From the NCBI RefSeq assembly GCF_004010195.1, contig NC_057751.1, forward strand, positions 13,088,322 through 13,147,728: a stretch of 59,407 nt of DNA. Reading direction: 5' to 3'. Position 1 is the stretch's first letter, and each line of letters starts with the position of its first letter. The position numbers and the translations under genes are program-made. Below, one piece after another: positions 13,101 to 28,100 of the stretch. The stretch comes from Chiloscyllium plagiosum (lineage: Eukaryota). The notes below the pieces were generated by a model. That model searched no databases. It was not told where the DNA came from and saw only the letters and a program-made list of their open reading frames with translations.

Positions 13101-16100
13101 CTGCTGAGCTTTTCCACCAGTTTCGATTTTTGTCTCTGACTTACAGCATCCACAGTTCTTTTGGTTTTTAATCATTTTCTGTGCCCTTGCTTCTGTATAT
13201 TCTTGAAGCAGATAATAAAGTCTAAACAATGCAGATTAATGTTGTTTGTATTTGTCTAGCAGATTGCTCATTTCAGCATTCTAAGGTGGTAGGTGATTAT
13301 GCTAAGTACTCAACATATTTTTTGGGGAATAATGCTTCATAATTAAGGGGTAATTTTAAACTTGGACAGACTGGCCACTGCATAATCATGAAAGAAAAAA
13401 ATCTGACTTAGTAAAAGACATGGACTGACTTTTGAGAGTCACCATCTAGCTGTGAATGGGAGGAGTAGGCAAAAGCCTGAAATCTAACTGTTCCGTTAAA
13501 TATACAGTTTAAGCCTGGAATGAATACAAGACAGAAGTACCAGAACCATGACTTTGTCAGTTTTAACAGTTCACATGAGCAGTCTTCATTGAGCAAAAAT
13601 CTGTGAAACACTTGGTCATTTAACCTCAAGGAAATTATTTTCCCTGATGGTAATATTCTCCTCAACCGCTTTTTGCCAGACCTGCTGAACTTTTCCAACA
13701 ATTTCTATTTTTCTTGTTTTATTGTTGCTTGTGGTTCTTTTCAAGGATGTCACAGGAAAGCTGTTCAGGCTGAAGGGCTTACGATAAGAAGATAGTACAT
13801 AGGGTAGAAACTAGCCAATATCTAAGTTGGTACTAGTGAAGGCAATCATGCAGGTTTGACAAGGGTTTATTGAAGGGACTTTACTTCTATATGTGGGACA
13901 TAACCTTCAGCTCTGACTACACCACTCATGCAAATTATTTCATTTGTCTCCATTCATTCCAGCAGGGTGTGATCAGGTAAAATCCAGAAAAGATTGTCCA
14001 GTGCACCAGCCAACCAAGAGTTTTCTGGCCTTTATTTTCTGGGAAACTGCAGGATGATATTCATGATTCACTGTTATTCTCTTGGACATTGAGGCCATCT
14101 GAAGTGCACTGTGTCCAGGGATAGGGACAAAATGGTTAGCTGTTCCAGAAAGCTGGGTTCAGGCGAAGGAATGTCTTCTCTTCTGTAACATTTTATGATT
14201 TTATAATTTTACACTTGATTCATTTACATGAACTGATTCCTGTGTTGAACTGTTGGGAGTTGAAAAGCCTGACTTTAATTGCAGAGGTGGCAAGTCCCAT
14301 CTCCAATGCAGAGTTGGCTGATGCGAGTCAAAGCAGCAGTAGGGCTTGACAGTTAAGTCTCACTGTTGTGAGGCAGTTTGGTTGGGGGAAGGGAGAGCTG
14401 TACATTCTGATATCTATGCAATGATCCCATTTGTGGACAAAATTGTACTCTGTTGTAACACCATTTCCCTCAATCAAACACTCAGTCCACAGTCTCAGAA
14501 ATAATGGTTATTTGTACAAAATTGAAGAAGACAATCTGCTACTGTGGAACTGTGCACACATAAGAAGTGAATGCCTTGAGAAAGCGAGATGGGGAGGAAA
14601 ACAGTTAAGTAGAAGATTGCCTTTTAATATAAAATACATATGCATGGCAATCTTTCCAGATTTATTGTGTATTTAACACTTAAACACTTATTTTCCTTTT
14701 CCAGGGAGCAAAGGCTTACTGGTGTTGTTGTGTTCGTCCTAACAGGAATATCTGTATTTTTGGCTCCAATTCTGAAGGTAAGCTTTACAGTCTGATAAGT
14801 AACAATGCTGAGATCTTCTATTGAAGCACACTTAATAAACTTTATTAATATAACATCAGTTATATCTCAGGAGGCCTCAACTAATTCCATGGCACTTATC
14901 AATGAAGAATTGAGAGTTCCCCGAGTTTCCTCTGGCCAATATTTAGCCCTACACCAACTTTACTGCTCTTATTCTGTTTGATGGGGAGAAAGTAAGGACT
15001 GCAGATGTTGGAGATCAGAGTCAAAAAGTGTGATGAAGAGCTTATGCTCGATACGTTGACTCTCCTGCTCCTTGGATGCTGTCTGACTGGCTGTACTTTT
15101 CCAGCACCACACTTTTTGATTTTATTTTCCGTAACGCATTGCTGTCTGCAAATTGGCTCCTACATTGACAGTGACTGCATTTCAAATATAGTTTCTTGGC
15201 TGGAAAACTGCTTTAGGTCATCTTGAATTTATGAAAGACGCCTTATTTATGCAAACTTAGCTTGTTACCAGACATGCAGAGTACTTGTTAGTGCAGTAGT
15301 ACGTTATACCAGCTGAGATTTGGAGCCACAAATTGGATTTTTGATGAAGAACTTATGCCTGAAACATCGATTCTCCTGCTCCTCGGATGCTGCCTGACCT
15401 CCTGTGCTTTTCCAGCACCACACTCTTGACCATTAGCCACAAATTGGGAATGGGAATGTGAAGGATTTAATTGCATGATCTCTTATTGTAACCACTTTAG
15501 ACAGCCTTAAACTATTTATGCAGAAACATGTACTTCTACCTGATATTAATAACCTATTTTGCTTATTCTCAGTACATTCCAATGGCAGTGCTATATGGAG
15601 TATTCCTTTATATGGGTGTCTCCTCTTTAAATGGCATTCAGGTAGGTCTGACTTTAGATGAGCATATATCTTCTCTTTCATTGCCTTTGAACAATCACCA
15701 AAAGCATTAAACCATCAACTGGAAAAATAGCTTAGGGTAAACAGGCTGAGAAGTTTTCAGTTATCAATTAATGTCCCCTGGTGCCACTTATGAACAGGTA
15801 ATTTTTCTGTTATGCTGTGCTTCTGTCAGTTCTGTCATTCTCTTTTGCAAAATGTGAGGGTTCTTTCACACGACACTTGCTCTGCAGTTGTTGTGGGTAT
15901 GTTCACCTAGCCGGGAATTTGGTTTGCAGACGTTTTATCTCCTTTCCAGGTGACATCCGCAGCACTGTGGAGCTTCCTGTGAAGGGCTGCTGTACTGTAT
16001 TGGTTGGCATTTATTTGGTTTCAATATCGCTGCTTCTGATTGCCAGTTCTGGTTGCTTGTTGCAGTGGTCAACAAATTTGACTGGGACAACAGAACAATA

Positions 16101-19100
16101 ATAGAACAAGCCAAACAGAGGACAGCCAGAGAATTCCCAGAAGCCTGACACTCATCCACAGACTCCATTAATAAACACATTGACCTAGACCCAATATATG
16201 GACCACTGCAGTGAACAACCAGAAAGCAGCGAAAACAAAAACAAGTAAATGCCAACGCTTCACGAGAGGCTCCACAGTACTGAGGATGTCACCTAGACAG
16301 GGGACGAAACGTTGGCAAACCAACTTCCCAGCTCAGCGGACATACCCAAAACTACAGCAACTGGCACCTGAGCTACAAATCTTTACACAAATCTTGAATT
16401 TCTCTGTCTCACTTTCTCTCATTTTTCAAGTCTCTTCTTCAGTTAGATTTTAGGTGACTCTGAATCCCAATGACAGTGTGTCTCCCCTCCCAAAAGCTCT
16501 CAAATTAAGGCTTTAACTTTCTGTCATATTTCTGCACAACAGCATTACATGTACCAGTTAATAGATCTTTCAAAATTGAAACAAGAACTAATCCAAAATT
16601 AGAATTCCATTTGGATAAGTCATCACGTTAGGTCAGATCTGTACACTGATGATCATGTCTTTAACCTGCTCAGGCCGAACATTAGACTTGTAGTTTGCTT
16701 GGAATGTAATTTGCACTGCTAATGCTGATACTGACTTACTCAGCAGTTACCTAACTTCTGGCTTCGCCTCTTTTCTTGCTGGCACCTTTCACTATAATGT
16801 GCACAGAGGGATGTTTGACATTATTGGTGATGAGACTAAATGTTCAGAAGAGGAAAGAATATGACTGAGCCAATCAAACAAAATACTCTTTAAATGAACA
16901 GTGTGAAGTGGATTACCCTTTATTGTGACTTCAATCTTTGTGTCTTCATCAAAACTTTTCTTCTCCAGTTTTGGGATCGATGCAAATTATTTCTGATGCC
17001 CTCCAAACACCAGCCAGATTACACCTATCTTCGCCACGTGCCCCTTCGCCGAGTCCACTTATTCACAATGGTGCAAGTTATCTGTTTGGCTGTTCTCTGG
17101 GTCTTGAAGTCCACTGTGGCAGCAATCATTTTTCCTGTCATGGTAAGAGATCATCATTATTGTACAACATTTTGCTGCAGTGTCACAGGCAAGTTTCAAA
17201 TAGACAAGAGCAACTTATATTTACAAAGCATCATTCATGAAGTATTATTCAAACTCCAATTAACACTCAGCTGAAGGTATTAAGCCCCTAACCAAAGGAT
17301 TGATCAACTAAGTAGGTTTTGAGATGTGCCTTAGAAGGAATGGGAGATAAAGAGATGGAGTGGTTTTGGATGGTAATTCCAATATCTGGGGTCTAGAGAA
17401 TTGAAAGCGCACAGTTTGGCAAAAGACCTTGGGAATATGCAAAAATCCAGAACTGGATGAACAGGGCTGGAGGAGCAAGGCCATGGAGGGATTTAAGCTT
17501 AAGGATGAGTCTTGAAATTAGAATCATATATGAAAAAGCCAACTTAATTCACGCAGATGTGCCTACAAACATCCAAATTGTATCTCCCCAGTGGGTTCTA
17601 AAAATAGTTAGGGCGTTGTCATCCATCAATTGTTGAAAAGCTCCAGTCACATCAAATTTAGTGTTTGATTCTGATCTTGATGTTACACCTTATTTGAAAT
17701 GCAATCAGCTACGATTGGACTGCAACTTTAAATTGTGAGGTCCTGAGACATTTATTTGAACCTAGCCAGTGTCATCAGAATTTGCAGCTTATCAGTGGCC
17801 ATCCAGCAAAGTGGCCACTATTATTACGTGGGCTATCGTCAACTTTTCTCTTGTTACCTTTTTATGTCTAACCTCACCATTGTGCGCTTGCTCTTAGAAA
17901 TTTAAACTTAACACTAAAATGGGAAAAATGACTGACTTTCTGCCTGGTAAAGATGATTCTTTGTAAATGATGGATGTGGGTTTGCTTGCTGAGTTGGAGG
18001 GTTCATTTCCAGACGTTTTGCCACCCTACTAGGTAACAACTTCAGTGGGCCTCAGGCGAAGTAGTATACATGATTCCTGCTTTCTATTTATATGGGGTCT
18101 AACTCAATGTGTTTGTTGATAGAATTCTGGTTGGAATGCCATGCTTCTGGGAATTCTCATGCATGTCTCTGTTTGGCTTGTCCTAAGATGGATGCGTTGT
18201 CCCAGTCGAAGTGGTGTCCTTCCTAATCTGTATGTAAGGATCTCTATTAACAAACATATCGAGTTCGACCCCATCTACCACCCCCTGAGAAAAAGAACAG
18301 GAAATGACATCACCACAGGAAATAACATCACTAACCCAAAGAAACCCAAACATATAAATAGAAAGCAGGAATCATGTACACTGCTTCACCTGAGGCTCAC
18401 TGAAGATGTTACCTAGTAGGGTGACAAAACATCTGGAAATGAACCTCTTAGCTCAGCGAGCAAACCTACATCCACAACCTGAACCTGAGCTATAAATCTT
18501 CTCAAAACTTGTAAATACTGTGATAGTGCAGAAATTGCATTCTGTGTCAATTTACTTCAGTGGTTTACAACAATTTTTCATAAATGCTGACCTACCATGT
18601 CATGTGCTTATTTTCATCAACATATAAGATCCTTGCACTCATCCTAGTGAGAAAGTTCCTGGACCTGGTTTTTTCCCAACATGACCTTGCTTGGTTAGAT
18701 GATATTTTACCTGAAAAAGACAAAAAGGAAGAAGACAAGAAGAAAAAAAAGTTGAAAACCAAAGACCAAGATAGGGACAGTATCAATGAGGTGAGTAATG
18801 TAGTTGTAATAAAATACACACCATTGTGCCATTTATGTTACCCTCTACTTTTCATGTCATTTTCAACCATTTAGATGAACTGATGAAGAATTAGAAACAA
18901 GCAACTAGAAACTTCATCAGGAAGTCACACAGTTCCCATACTACCAATAACATGATCATTCATTCATTGGAATGAGTAAGAGCATCAGAAATATCAGAAC
19001 AGAGTTTCAAATGTTGTGCAGGCTGGTCAGATTGCAGTTCTCTGCAGTCAATTAATGTTCACACTAAATTGAGCTCGACTAATGGGACCCATAAAGCCAC

Positions 19101-22100
19101 AAAATGTCCTGGGTTCAAATTCCCAACTCATGCAAGTAAGCTCTCACTGAAATACCTTATCCTGTGGCAAACCCCAGCATCATCAACCAGCACATGAACA
19201 CTGATTAAAGATTGATGCTAATCCGAGAAGGTGATTTATGGTCTTTCCCTTGGAAATAAGAGACCTGTCATATACACACACAACACACAAACATTTTTTT
19301 TTTATATTCAAGAGATGGGTGACTTCAAAATCTTGCCAAGAATCCAACCAACACATCCTGTACAATAAGGATGACCAAGTTTCAAAATAGACCAAGGATC
19401 CTAAATTGGAAGATTTTTACTATTCCCCCCACCATGTCAGTGCTCACTACCTGCACTGGAGCCTTAACCAACCCCTGGTGTTAAATATTGGCAGCACAAT
19501 CAATGCATAAAAACATTGGGATGGTTGAGTGAGCTGTTTATTTCCATTAGGGAGGGAAATTTTGAGGGAGCATTGTCTTGTGGATTCATTCTGTAGTGTC
19601 AAAACATACCATAAATTGGTTAAACCACCAAGGAACTCATTTACATTTCTTTAAAATTGAAGAAAAGCTCAGGTAATGAACATTGATTACACTGATAAAG
19701 TCAGAGGGAAAACAATTTAGCAGATTGTGGGGAACGTGGCTGAATTAACCCATGCTGCATAACTGACTGTGCCGTGCATAGGATATAGAAATCCGCAATT
19801 TGTTCATTCCAAACACTCATGCAACATTTGGTCCATTGGCCCCTGGCATTATCCAAAGTAACTGTTGTTTGTGTGGGAAGCTAGTCAAGTCAATTCCAGC
19901 CAAACCCAATGCCCTTCCTATCCAAAGCCCAGGGTTTTCAGCAAAACTGACTGAAGAATAACAAATGTTACTTAGCCAAAAGGAACCCAATTACTCCAGT
20001 AGTTACTTCATCACAGAACAGAATAAAGCTTGGGACCTTGTATATGATCAAAATGGTATATCCACATTTCCTTTACTTGCAATTTTGGAAACTCAACTTA
20101 GCTACTTTAATGGAATCACAGTAGTAGATTTTACTTCTAATGCGATCTAATATGAGCATTCATGCTCTAAGTGGGGTATGCCCTCTTGTTGAGTCAGCTG
20201 TCAATACCTGTTTCCATAACAATAGTTGTACATGTTACCAATGACTGGTCAACAGTGAGTGTTGGTAAAATAAGTAGTAGATCCAGTGACTTTGGATAGA
20301 GGAAACACCTTGGACAAGGGTCAGTGGAAACCTTGACAAAGGAAATGTCAAAAAGGTGGATTAGCCAATGACACCGTATACTTCAAAACTGTGAAGTTTG
20401 CTGTGAAAATGATCCAGACAATGACAAAGCAACTGAGGACGTAGCACCAAGTCTCAGATCCTGCCTATTAAAGAAATGGAGCATAGTAACATTGATATGA
20501 ATGATCCACTGTCAAGTTTAATGTCAGGATGTATCGTCATGCTGCACATTCAGGATACAATCAATTAAATTTCCATCTGCAATTATTCTGTGGAGTCCAT
20601 TAGTTTGTCAGTGAGCTACCATGAACGGATTCAGCCGCAAGAGGAGTATCTCGATATGAAGTTCAATCCAACATCACCTGTATTACAGTGGACTCTACTG
20701 GTCACAGATGCATACTACAGCAAAAGCAAATAGCAAGCAATAATTCATTCATAAAATTACTCTGTCCATTGATTCAAACTGAAGACCTTGAAAGAGGCTG
20801 TAAAGTATATCTTTTCTTGTCAGAGCAACAAGCAGCATTTTAATGGCACCTTCCAGAAAGTAAGTTGTCTCAAGACACTCAGAGGAACATTACTGGACAT
20901 ATATTGATACTGAGTTGAAGGAGATACGAGACCAGCTGATCAAAACTTTGTTCCAAGTGATAGATTTTAAGGGAGGTGGTTTGCACCGACATTGAAGGAG
21001 GTCTATACATAATGACTATATCCATGACCTGACCCAGTGATCAGTTTCGATCATTCAATCTTAGTGCTTGGGTTGAGCAGGTGTGCATTATGCCTAGTAT
21101 CATCTTGTCTTAATAAGATATGCACACATTTGAGTTCCTTATTACAATCACAGGAAACGATAAGCCAGACTTTGACAATTTTCACTGTTTGCTTATCAAA
21201 GACAAAGACTAATTCATGCAACCCTTTTACCACAAAGCTTGGGACCTAGCTAACCTGTGTGAGGAAAGCTCGCCGATTGCATTGAAATGTAAAACTTATT
21301 CTTGCAAAATATAGAAGGGGAAGTTGGATGAAAACTTGTATTTTCAAACATAAGATTCAGGATGAAGAAGGACCAAATGACAGTACAGAAAAGCAAAGCT
21401 GAAGGTTTGGTGATGAATCAAAGCTGAAATGAGATTCAATTTTGATCTTGCTTGGAGAACCATTCTGTACAGCTCATACCACAAGGTATCGGCTTGCCAT
21501 GTGAAAAGTAACAAGTACAAGACTGCCATTCAGTGGCACAGTAGCTTGGCTGAGAACAAACCATCTAATTGTTAGGACTTCCAACTATTTAAAAAACATA
21601 TTACTTTGTTGCCAGATTCAAGAATAACAATGCTGCATCTATTAAACTTCTGCCTAAAATTCTAGGTTTCCTTCCAGCCCAAGACTCGCAATCCCTCAAT
21701 GCCAGTAAAGATTCCCATGGATCAAATTGAACCACAGAAAAATGGCTCGCAGGGCCCTGCTAGTGAGTAACGTTGTCAACCGCAACCGCTTGTTATTAAC
21801 TTTCTGAACTGAGTACTCAACTAATCAACTAGTCTCTTTTCTGCTTGAAAGCTAATAACCAGTTCCATCTCATTCAAATCATTCAACAGCTTAATCATTG
21901 ATACTCCACTTTAGCTTTTGAATATTGCCGTGCACTCAATTTATTATTGATGATTTTACCTGATTTGAGCAATTTCTTTACCTTGTTAATTTATCCAACT
22001 TCCCTTTTGTTCACTGTTGTTCCAAGAACCGTTTGCCAAGGTGACCAGCTTTGCCTGTGGAGCTCTGAGCTACTAAAACTAATTGTGATAGCTAAGTGCC

Positions 22101-25100
22101 ACCAAGGCTTCATCATCCTGCTGGGATATTGCTTTTGTAAGCTTGGCAAACAGCATGGAAAATCTCATCTCTTTCCATTGGGTATTATTTTACAGTTACC
22201 TTTCAATGTCAAAAAGCATTCACTGCAAAGAATAGTTCAAGTGAACAAGAAGTTAATGGCTTCATTTGTGCATTTCTTAAATATAACAGTTTATCTCACG
22301 TGATGATGAAAAAACACTTTGTCAGAACACAATATGATGGTTTTATCTGGTTGAGAATAGTACTTTTTTTTAAGAAGTACTGAGTGAGCTGTGACTTGCA
22401 CAACATTAGTGAATAGCGAACAAGGAATGCAGATAGGAATATTAGTTTTTGTAGTCTCAGGTTTCTATCATGATTGGAAAATACTTGCAATCAAAAAGTT
22501 ACTTCAACAAATTTTCCAGACATGCTTTTGAAATCTATGACAAACACATGGATACGCATAAAGCTCATACCCCTTGTGTCAGCTTGTACACAGTTCTCCA
22601 TTTCGGGTCCTTCAGGGTTACTGTAGGATTCAAAAAGAATAACCTTATTATCTCAGTCTGAAACCAAGATACATTCACATTGCAATTTGTTCTTGTATTG
22701 ATGAATCCACTGCAACAAAAACTTGTATCTTTTAATATAATAAAACATCATTACATTACACTATCAAGCCACAAAAGGCAGAGGGCCAAAAGCTTAATCA
22801 AAGAAATGGATTTTAAGGTGTGTCTTAAAGGATGAAGGAGAGACTGAGAGATTTAGAAAGGGCATTACAGAGCGTCCTTTCCAGCTGAAAGCATGATTGC
22901 CATTATTCACTGATGACAACATTCAAGAAGAAACAAGTAGGGGAGCACAGACATCTCATTGCATTATGGGGTTGGAGGAAATGACAGCAAATGGAAAAGG
23001 CTGGACCATGGAGAGTTTTAATGAATTGAATGAGAAGTTTAAAAGTAAGGTATTAGCAGATGTTTGCGTAAGTCATCAAGTGCAGAGCTGATTGTGGAAG
23101 GGAGCTTTGTAGCAAGCCAGGAAACAGGTAGCAGAATAAGCTCAAATTCTATGGCTATTGGGAAGGGGTCTCTTTCATGAATTGCCTTTTGATCAACTCA
23201 CCTCCATCCAGACTTTGAACTGATATTTCTGCAGTCTCCTGCACTATTCTTAAATTCTGTTGAAAGAACCAAGACTTGCAGTTTACTTGCAATTTCTCTA
23301 GCAGCTTGAGCTGTCTGAATAGTCTTTCTGGTACTATCAACTAGTTTCTCCAATTGCAGCTCAACATTACTTGACAATTAACCTCATCTTTTTCTCTAAT
23401 ACTTTCAATTTGTATCAAACTTAGGTTTCTCAATTTGAAGAATAACGTGGGTGGATAAATTCATGATTTGTTCCAATGAGTTATCATTATTTACAATGAT
23501 GGGACATTGTGTCTTTGCAATAACACAGAGACTACTCAAGATGCTGAGTCAGCATCTCACAGTGAGGCTTGCAGTGTACAAGGACCCTTTACCAGCTCAG
23601 TTTTACCTAAATTATGACTCTTGCAGACACATTGCTGTGCATTTCCAACAGTTGTGGATTTTCTTTCTCTTTTTTAAAATTAGGATTCCAGCCAAAGAGA
23701 TAAGCCCAGTTATATGACACGCCTGGAGGTGAGCAGGAGAGATAATGAAATAAACAAAGCAGTTACGATAAGATTACACTCAGCATTTTTAAAATCTCAC
23801 CTATTTTATGTTTGTCTTCAGCTGAAAGAAAGAATGAAACAATATATTGGATACCTGCTAACCTAGCTCAAGAGTACTCTAACCCAATTTCTTCCACTTT
23901 ACAAAGGCAAAATACTGCACAAGTGGAAAAATCAAAATATAAATGTGGAATGCTGGAAATATTCAATAAGTCAGGCAGCATTTTTGGAGAGAAGAGCAGT
24001 AAACATTTCAGGTTGATGATCTTTCTTCAGAACTTGGATATGTTAGGAGATGTAACAGACTTTCAGAAGGTAGGAGGTGGAGAAAGTACAGAGGGGATTG
24101 AAGAACAAAATGTAGTGTCGCCGATAAGATGGAAGAAAGGAAAGGTTAAACAACTAAAGGGATAATGTTGAAAAACAAAAGAGGATGGTAATGCAATGAG
24201 TAAAGAAACATAAGATGCAAAGATCTAGAGGAGTTGTATTTGGAAATACAATTGTCTGTCCAAAATCCGGGAGCAATTGTTAGCATCTGAGATTGTTTAA
24301 CTCGATGTTGACTCTAGAAAGTTGGAAAGTGCCAAGTTAAACAATGAGGTTCTGTCCCCATGAATTTCATTGGAAAAGTCTAGACTGTTTGGGACAGCGA
24401 GAGCAAAATGCAAACAGAACAGAGTATTAAAATGGCAAACAACTGAAAGTGAGCACCCAAATGTAGCAGACACCACATTGTGAGCAATGAAGCTAAAACT
24501 GAAAGAGGTATGAGTAAATTTTGAAAACTCTGAGGCTTTTGTTCTTGAGCTTGTCTTTCCCCTGCTGTTTCCCCGACGCTGCACTCACTGAAATCCTGTT
24601 ACATTTCAAGCTTACTCCAATTCGGGTGAAAGGCCATAGGCCTGAAAATTAAACTCTTTCTTTATGCACGAATTCTGCTGGTTGTGCCGTGTGCAGGTTT
24701 TAATTTTTACATTACGGGCACGTGAGCACAGCTGACAAGGTTGGTTGCTCATCTTCAGGTCTCCATAAAAGATGGGGAGTGTTATTGGCAGGGTGCAGTT
24801 AAGGGACACCCAATCCTTAGCATCCTTGGTGCTAAAGTCTCGTATAGGCCCAAAGCAGGTAAAGCTAGCAGCTTTCCTTCCTCATTATCATTATACAAAT
24901 ACAGTTGGATGAAGCCATATCTTGACAGTGGAAATAACCAGAAATTATTTTTGTGTGCCAGCTTTCTGCCAGGTTTAATACCTGCTTTGAGGCCTGACTG
25001 AATGGCCTCTTTCTATGACGTTTTCTAAGTTCTGTTCTGACACATTAATCATTTCTTAAAATTAATTTTCAAATTCACCAGAGTCATTGCTAACATCTTA

Positions 25101-28100
25101 GGTTTTCACATCCAAGTAAGATGTTAACAGAGATGTCCCCGTAGGTCACAAACCTCCTCTCCCTCAAACCAACAAATTCACGTCTCCAGAACTTTAGTCA
25201 GTTTGCACAGCATGGAATATCCTGGTCAACTGGCTGTGTGTCAAGTGGCTACCATTTGGGACTGTAGTGAATGGAACATCATTAGTTTTCTGTAATGCAA
25301 GATAATCAGATGATTTAACCAGTTTGGGAATTTTACTTTCCTCCACAGTGTTGATTAATATTGGATACCTCAATGGAATCACATCAAAATGTGAAGTTCA
25401 ACATGGTATCATATCTTTACTTCACTTATGCTGTGAATGTGATTGATTTTCAGGAGAAAGGTCCTCTAGCTGGAGTTGTGCAAGCTGAAATGTCACCCTG
25501 TAACTCCGATTCACTCGACCGCAGGTACTCAGTCCTCTTTTTATTTAAAACAAAACATCACCAAAATGTCAGATCCGTGTGCACGGTTTTATGTAGACTA
25601 GATTTCTGTATTGATTGTATTCCTCTGTGTGACCCAACAACTGAACAGAAAAACAATAGAATTGCATGTGGATAAATGTAGGAGCCTCAATTATTTATTA
25701 TTTACATTGATGACTTGGTGAAAGGATAAATTTGCTAATAACACAAAGTGAGGTAGGAACAAGACATAAGTAACTTACAAGGGATATAAAGAGAAGTGAG
25801 TGGGCAAAGGATGGAGTATAACATGGGAAACTTTTCCAGTTTGGACAGAAAAACAGCAGTTTCTTGAAATGGAGCCAGATTGCAGAACTCTGGAGTTACG
25901 GAGGGATCTGGGTGTCCTGGTACATGAATCAATTGAAGTTAGTACGCTGGAAAGTGGAGTTGAAGCCACGATCAAAACAACCATGATATCATTGAATGAT
26001 AGAGCAGATTAGTGTGGATTTAGTGCCTAATCCTAACTTCTATATTCGGACAATATAATTGTTTATACTATATTATATATGTTGCAAATTAGCCAAATAA
26101 CAGTGATTGTATTCAAAAGTAATTCATTGTTTAGGAGTGCAATAATAAAACTCTGGGTTTATTCAGATGAGATATGAGAATAAAATATTTCTTACTTATA
26201 TAGCAAGGAAAATGAGGGCAACACAAGTTAATTGGGGTGGATTGACCACAATTTAATTGAATGGAGGATTGGGTTTGAGGGATTGAAGAAGTTCCCTCTC
26301 TTCCTATGTTGCTAAAAGCTGAGATAATGATAAGCCTCGATTAAACTTTAGTAAGACTTTACTGTGAGTACTGCATGCAGTCTTGGGCCCTAGGTTGATT
26401 TTAAGGCTTTGGAAAAAAAACCCACTGAGGCTGCCCAGTATGAAGACTAATAACACGACGAATAACAAGAAATGTTTGAACATTTTGAAGCACACACACA
26501 CGTTATCTCTAATTTCTCTCTACACATGCTGCCAGAACTGCTGAGCTTTTCCAGCAGTTTCTGTTTCTGTTTCTGATTTACAGCATCTGCAGTCCTTTTG
26601 GTTTGTATCAATTACTGCACAATCTTTTGGAAACATTTACAGTGATGAAAGAATGGGACAGGGTATATAGGAGCAGCTACATGCTAGAAATACTCAGTAG
26701 GTTCGGCAAGACAAGATGACCATCTCAGATTCTTGACCCTTCATCAAAACTGGATGATGTGCAACATTAGTAACGCTAAACAAATACGTGTGAACAAACA
26801 GCAAGTTACTTATTTGCATTTACATCATAGCACATTAGAATAACATCTGAAAGTTCTCTGTGCATAAGTTCATAAGACATAGGAGCAGAATTAGGCCATT
26901 CAGCCCATCAAATCTGCTCTGCCATTCAATCGTGGCTGATATGCTCCTCACCCCCATTTTCCTGCCTTCTCTCCATATCCCTTCAACCTATTACCAATTA
27001 AAAAACTAACTCCTTCTTAAATTTACTCACTGTTCCAACATCCACCACACTTTGGGTTAGCAAATTCCACAGATTCACAACCCTCTGGGAGAAATAGTCT
27101 TAGAATAAGGGGTAGCAAATTTAAACCTGAGTTGAGGAGAAACTATGATATCTTGTCCTGGAATGCCCCACAAGAAGAAGCATCTGCTCTATGTCTAATT
27201 TATCCACACCTTTTATCATCTTGAATACCTCAATTTGATCTCTCCTCATTTTTCTAAATTCCAAAGAGCATAGGCCGAAACTGTTCAATCTCTGACATGA
27301 CAAACCCCTCATCTCTGGGATCAATCCAGTGAACCTCCTCCGTCTCCAATGCCACTACATCTTTCCTCAAATAAGGTGAACAAAACTATGCACAATATTC
27401 CAGGTGCGATCTCACCAATACCTTACACATTTGCAACAATACTTACTTACCTTTATATTCTATTCCCTTGGCTGTAAAAGCCAACGTTCCATTCGCTTTC
27501 TTTAGTATCTGCTGTACCTCCATGCTAGCTTTCTGGGCCTCATGAACATGTACACCTCAATCCCTCTGCACTGGAGCAACCCAAGTCTCCCTCCATCAAT
27601 AGGTTGTCTTCCCATTTTGACCCAAATCCATGACCTCACACTTACCCACATTAAACTCCATCGGCTACTTTTTTGCCCACTCGCCCAACCTATCTATATC
27701 CATTTGTAAGGTTCTGATTTTCTCATTGCAATTTAGCATCATGCCTATTTTTGTGTCACCTGCAAATTTAGTTATAGAGCCTTCTATCCTGTGCCCAAGT
27801 TCATTAATGTAGATTGTAAATAGATAGGGTGCAAGGACCAAACTCTGTGGCACCCCACTAGTTACATCTTAGTATCCAGAAATAAAACATTTTCCCAACT
27901 TTCTGTCTTCTGTCCATCAGCCAGCCATCCATCCAGGCTGAGATTATCCTTAATCGAGTATGACCCAACCTTGTAAATTAGCCTTTTGTGTGGCATATTG
28001 TCAAAGTTCTTTGAAGAAGCATTATCAAACATGGTGGTCCATTGCAGTCAAACTTGGTCATATCGATACACATTTTATTTAGCAAAGTTTGCAAGATGAA

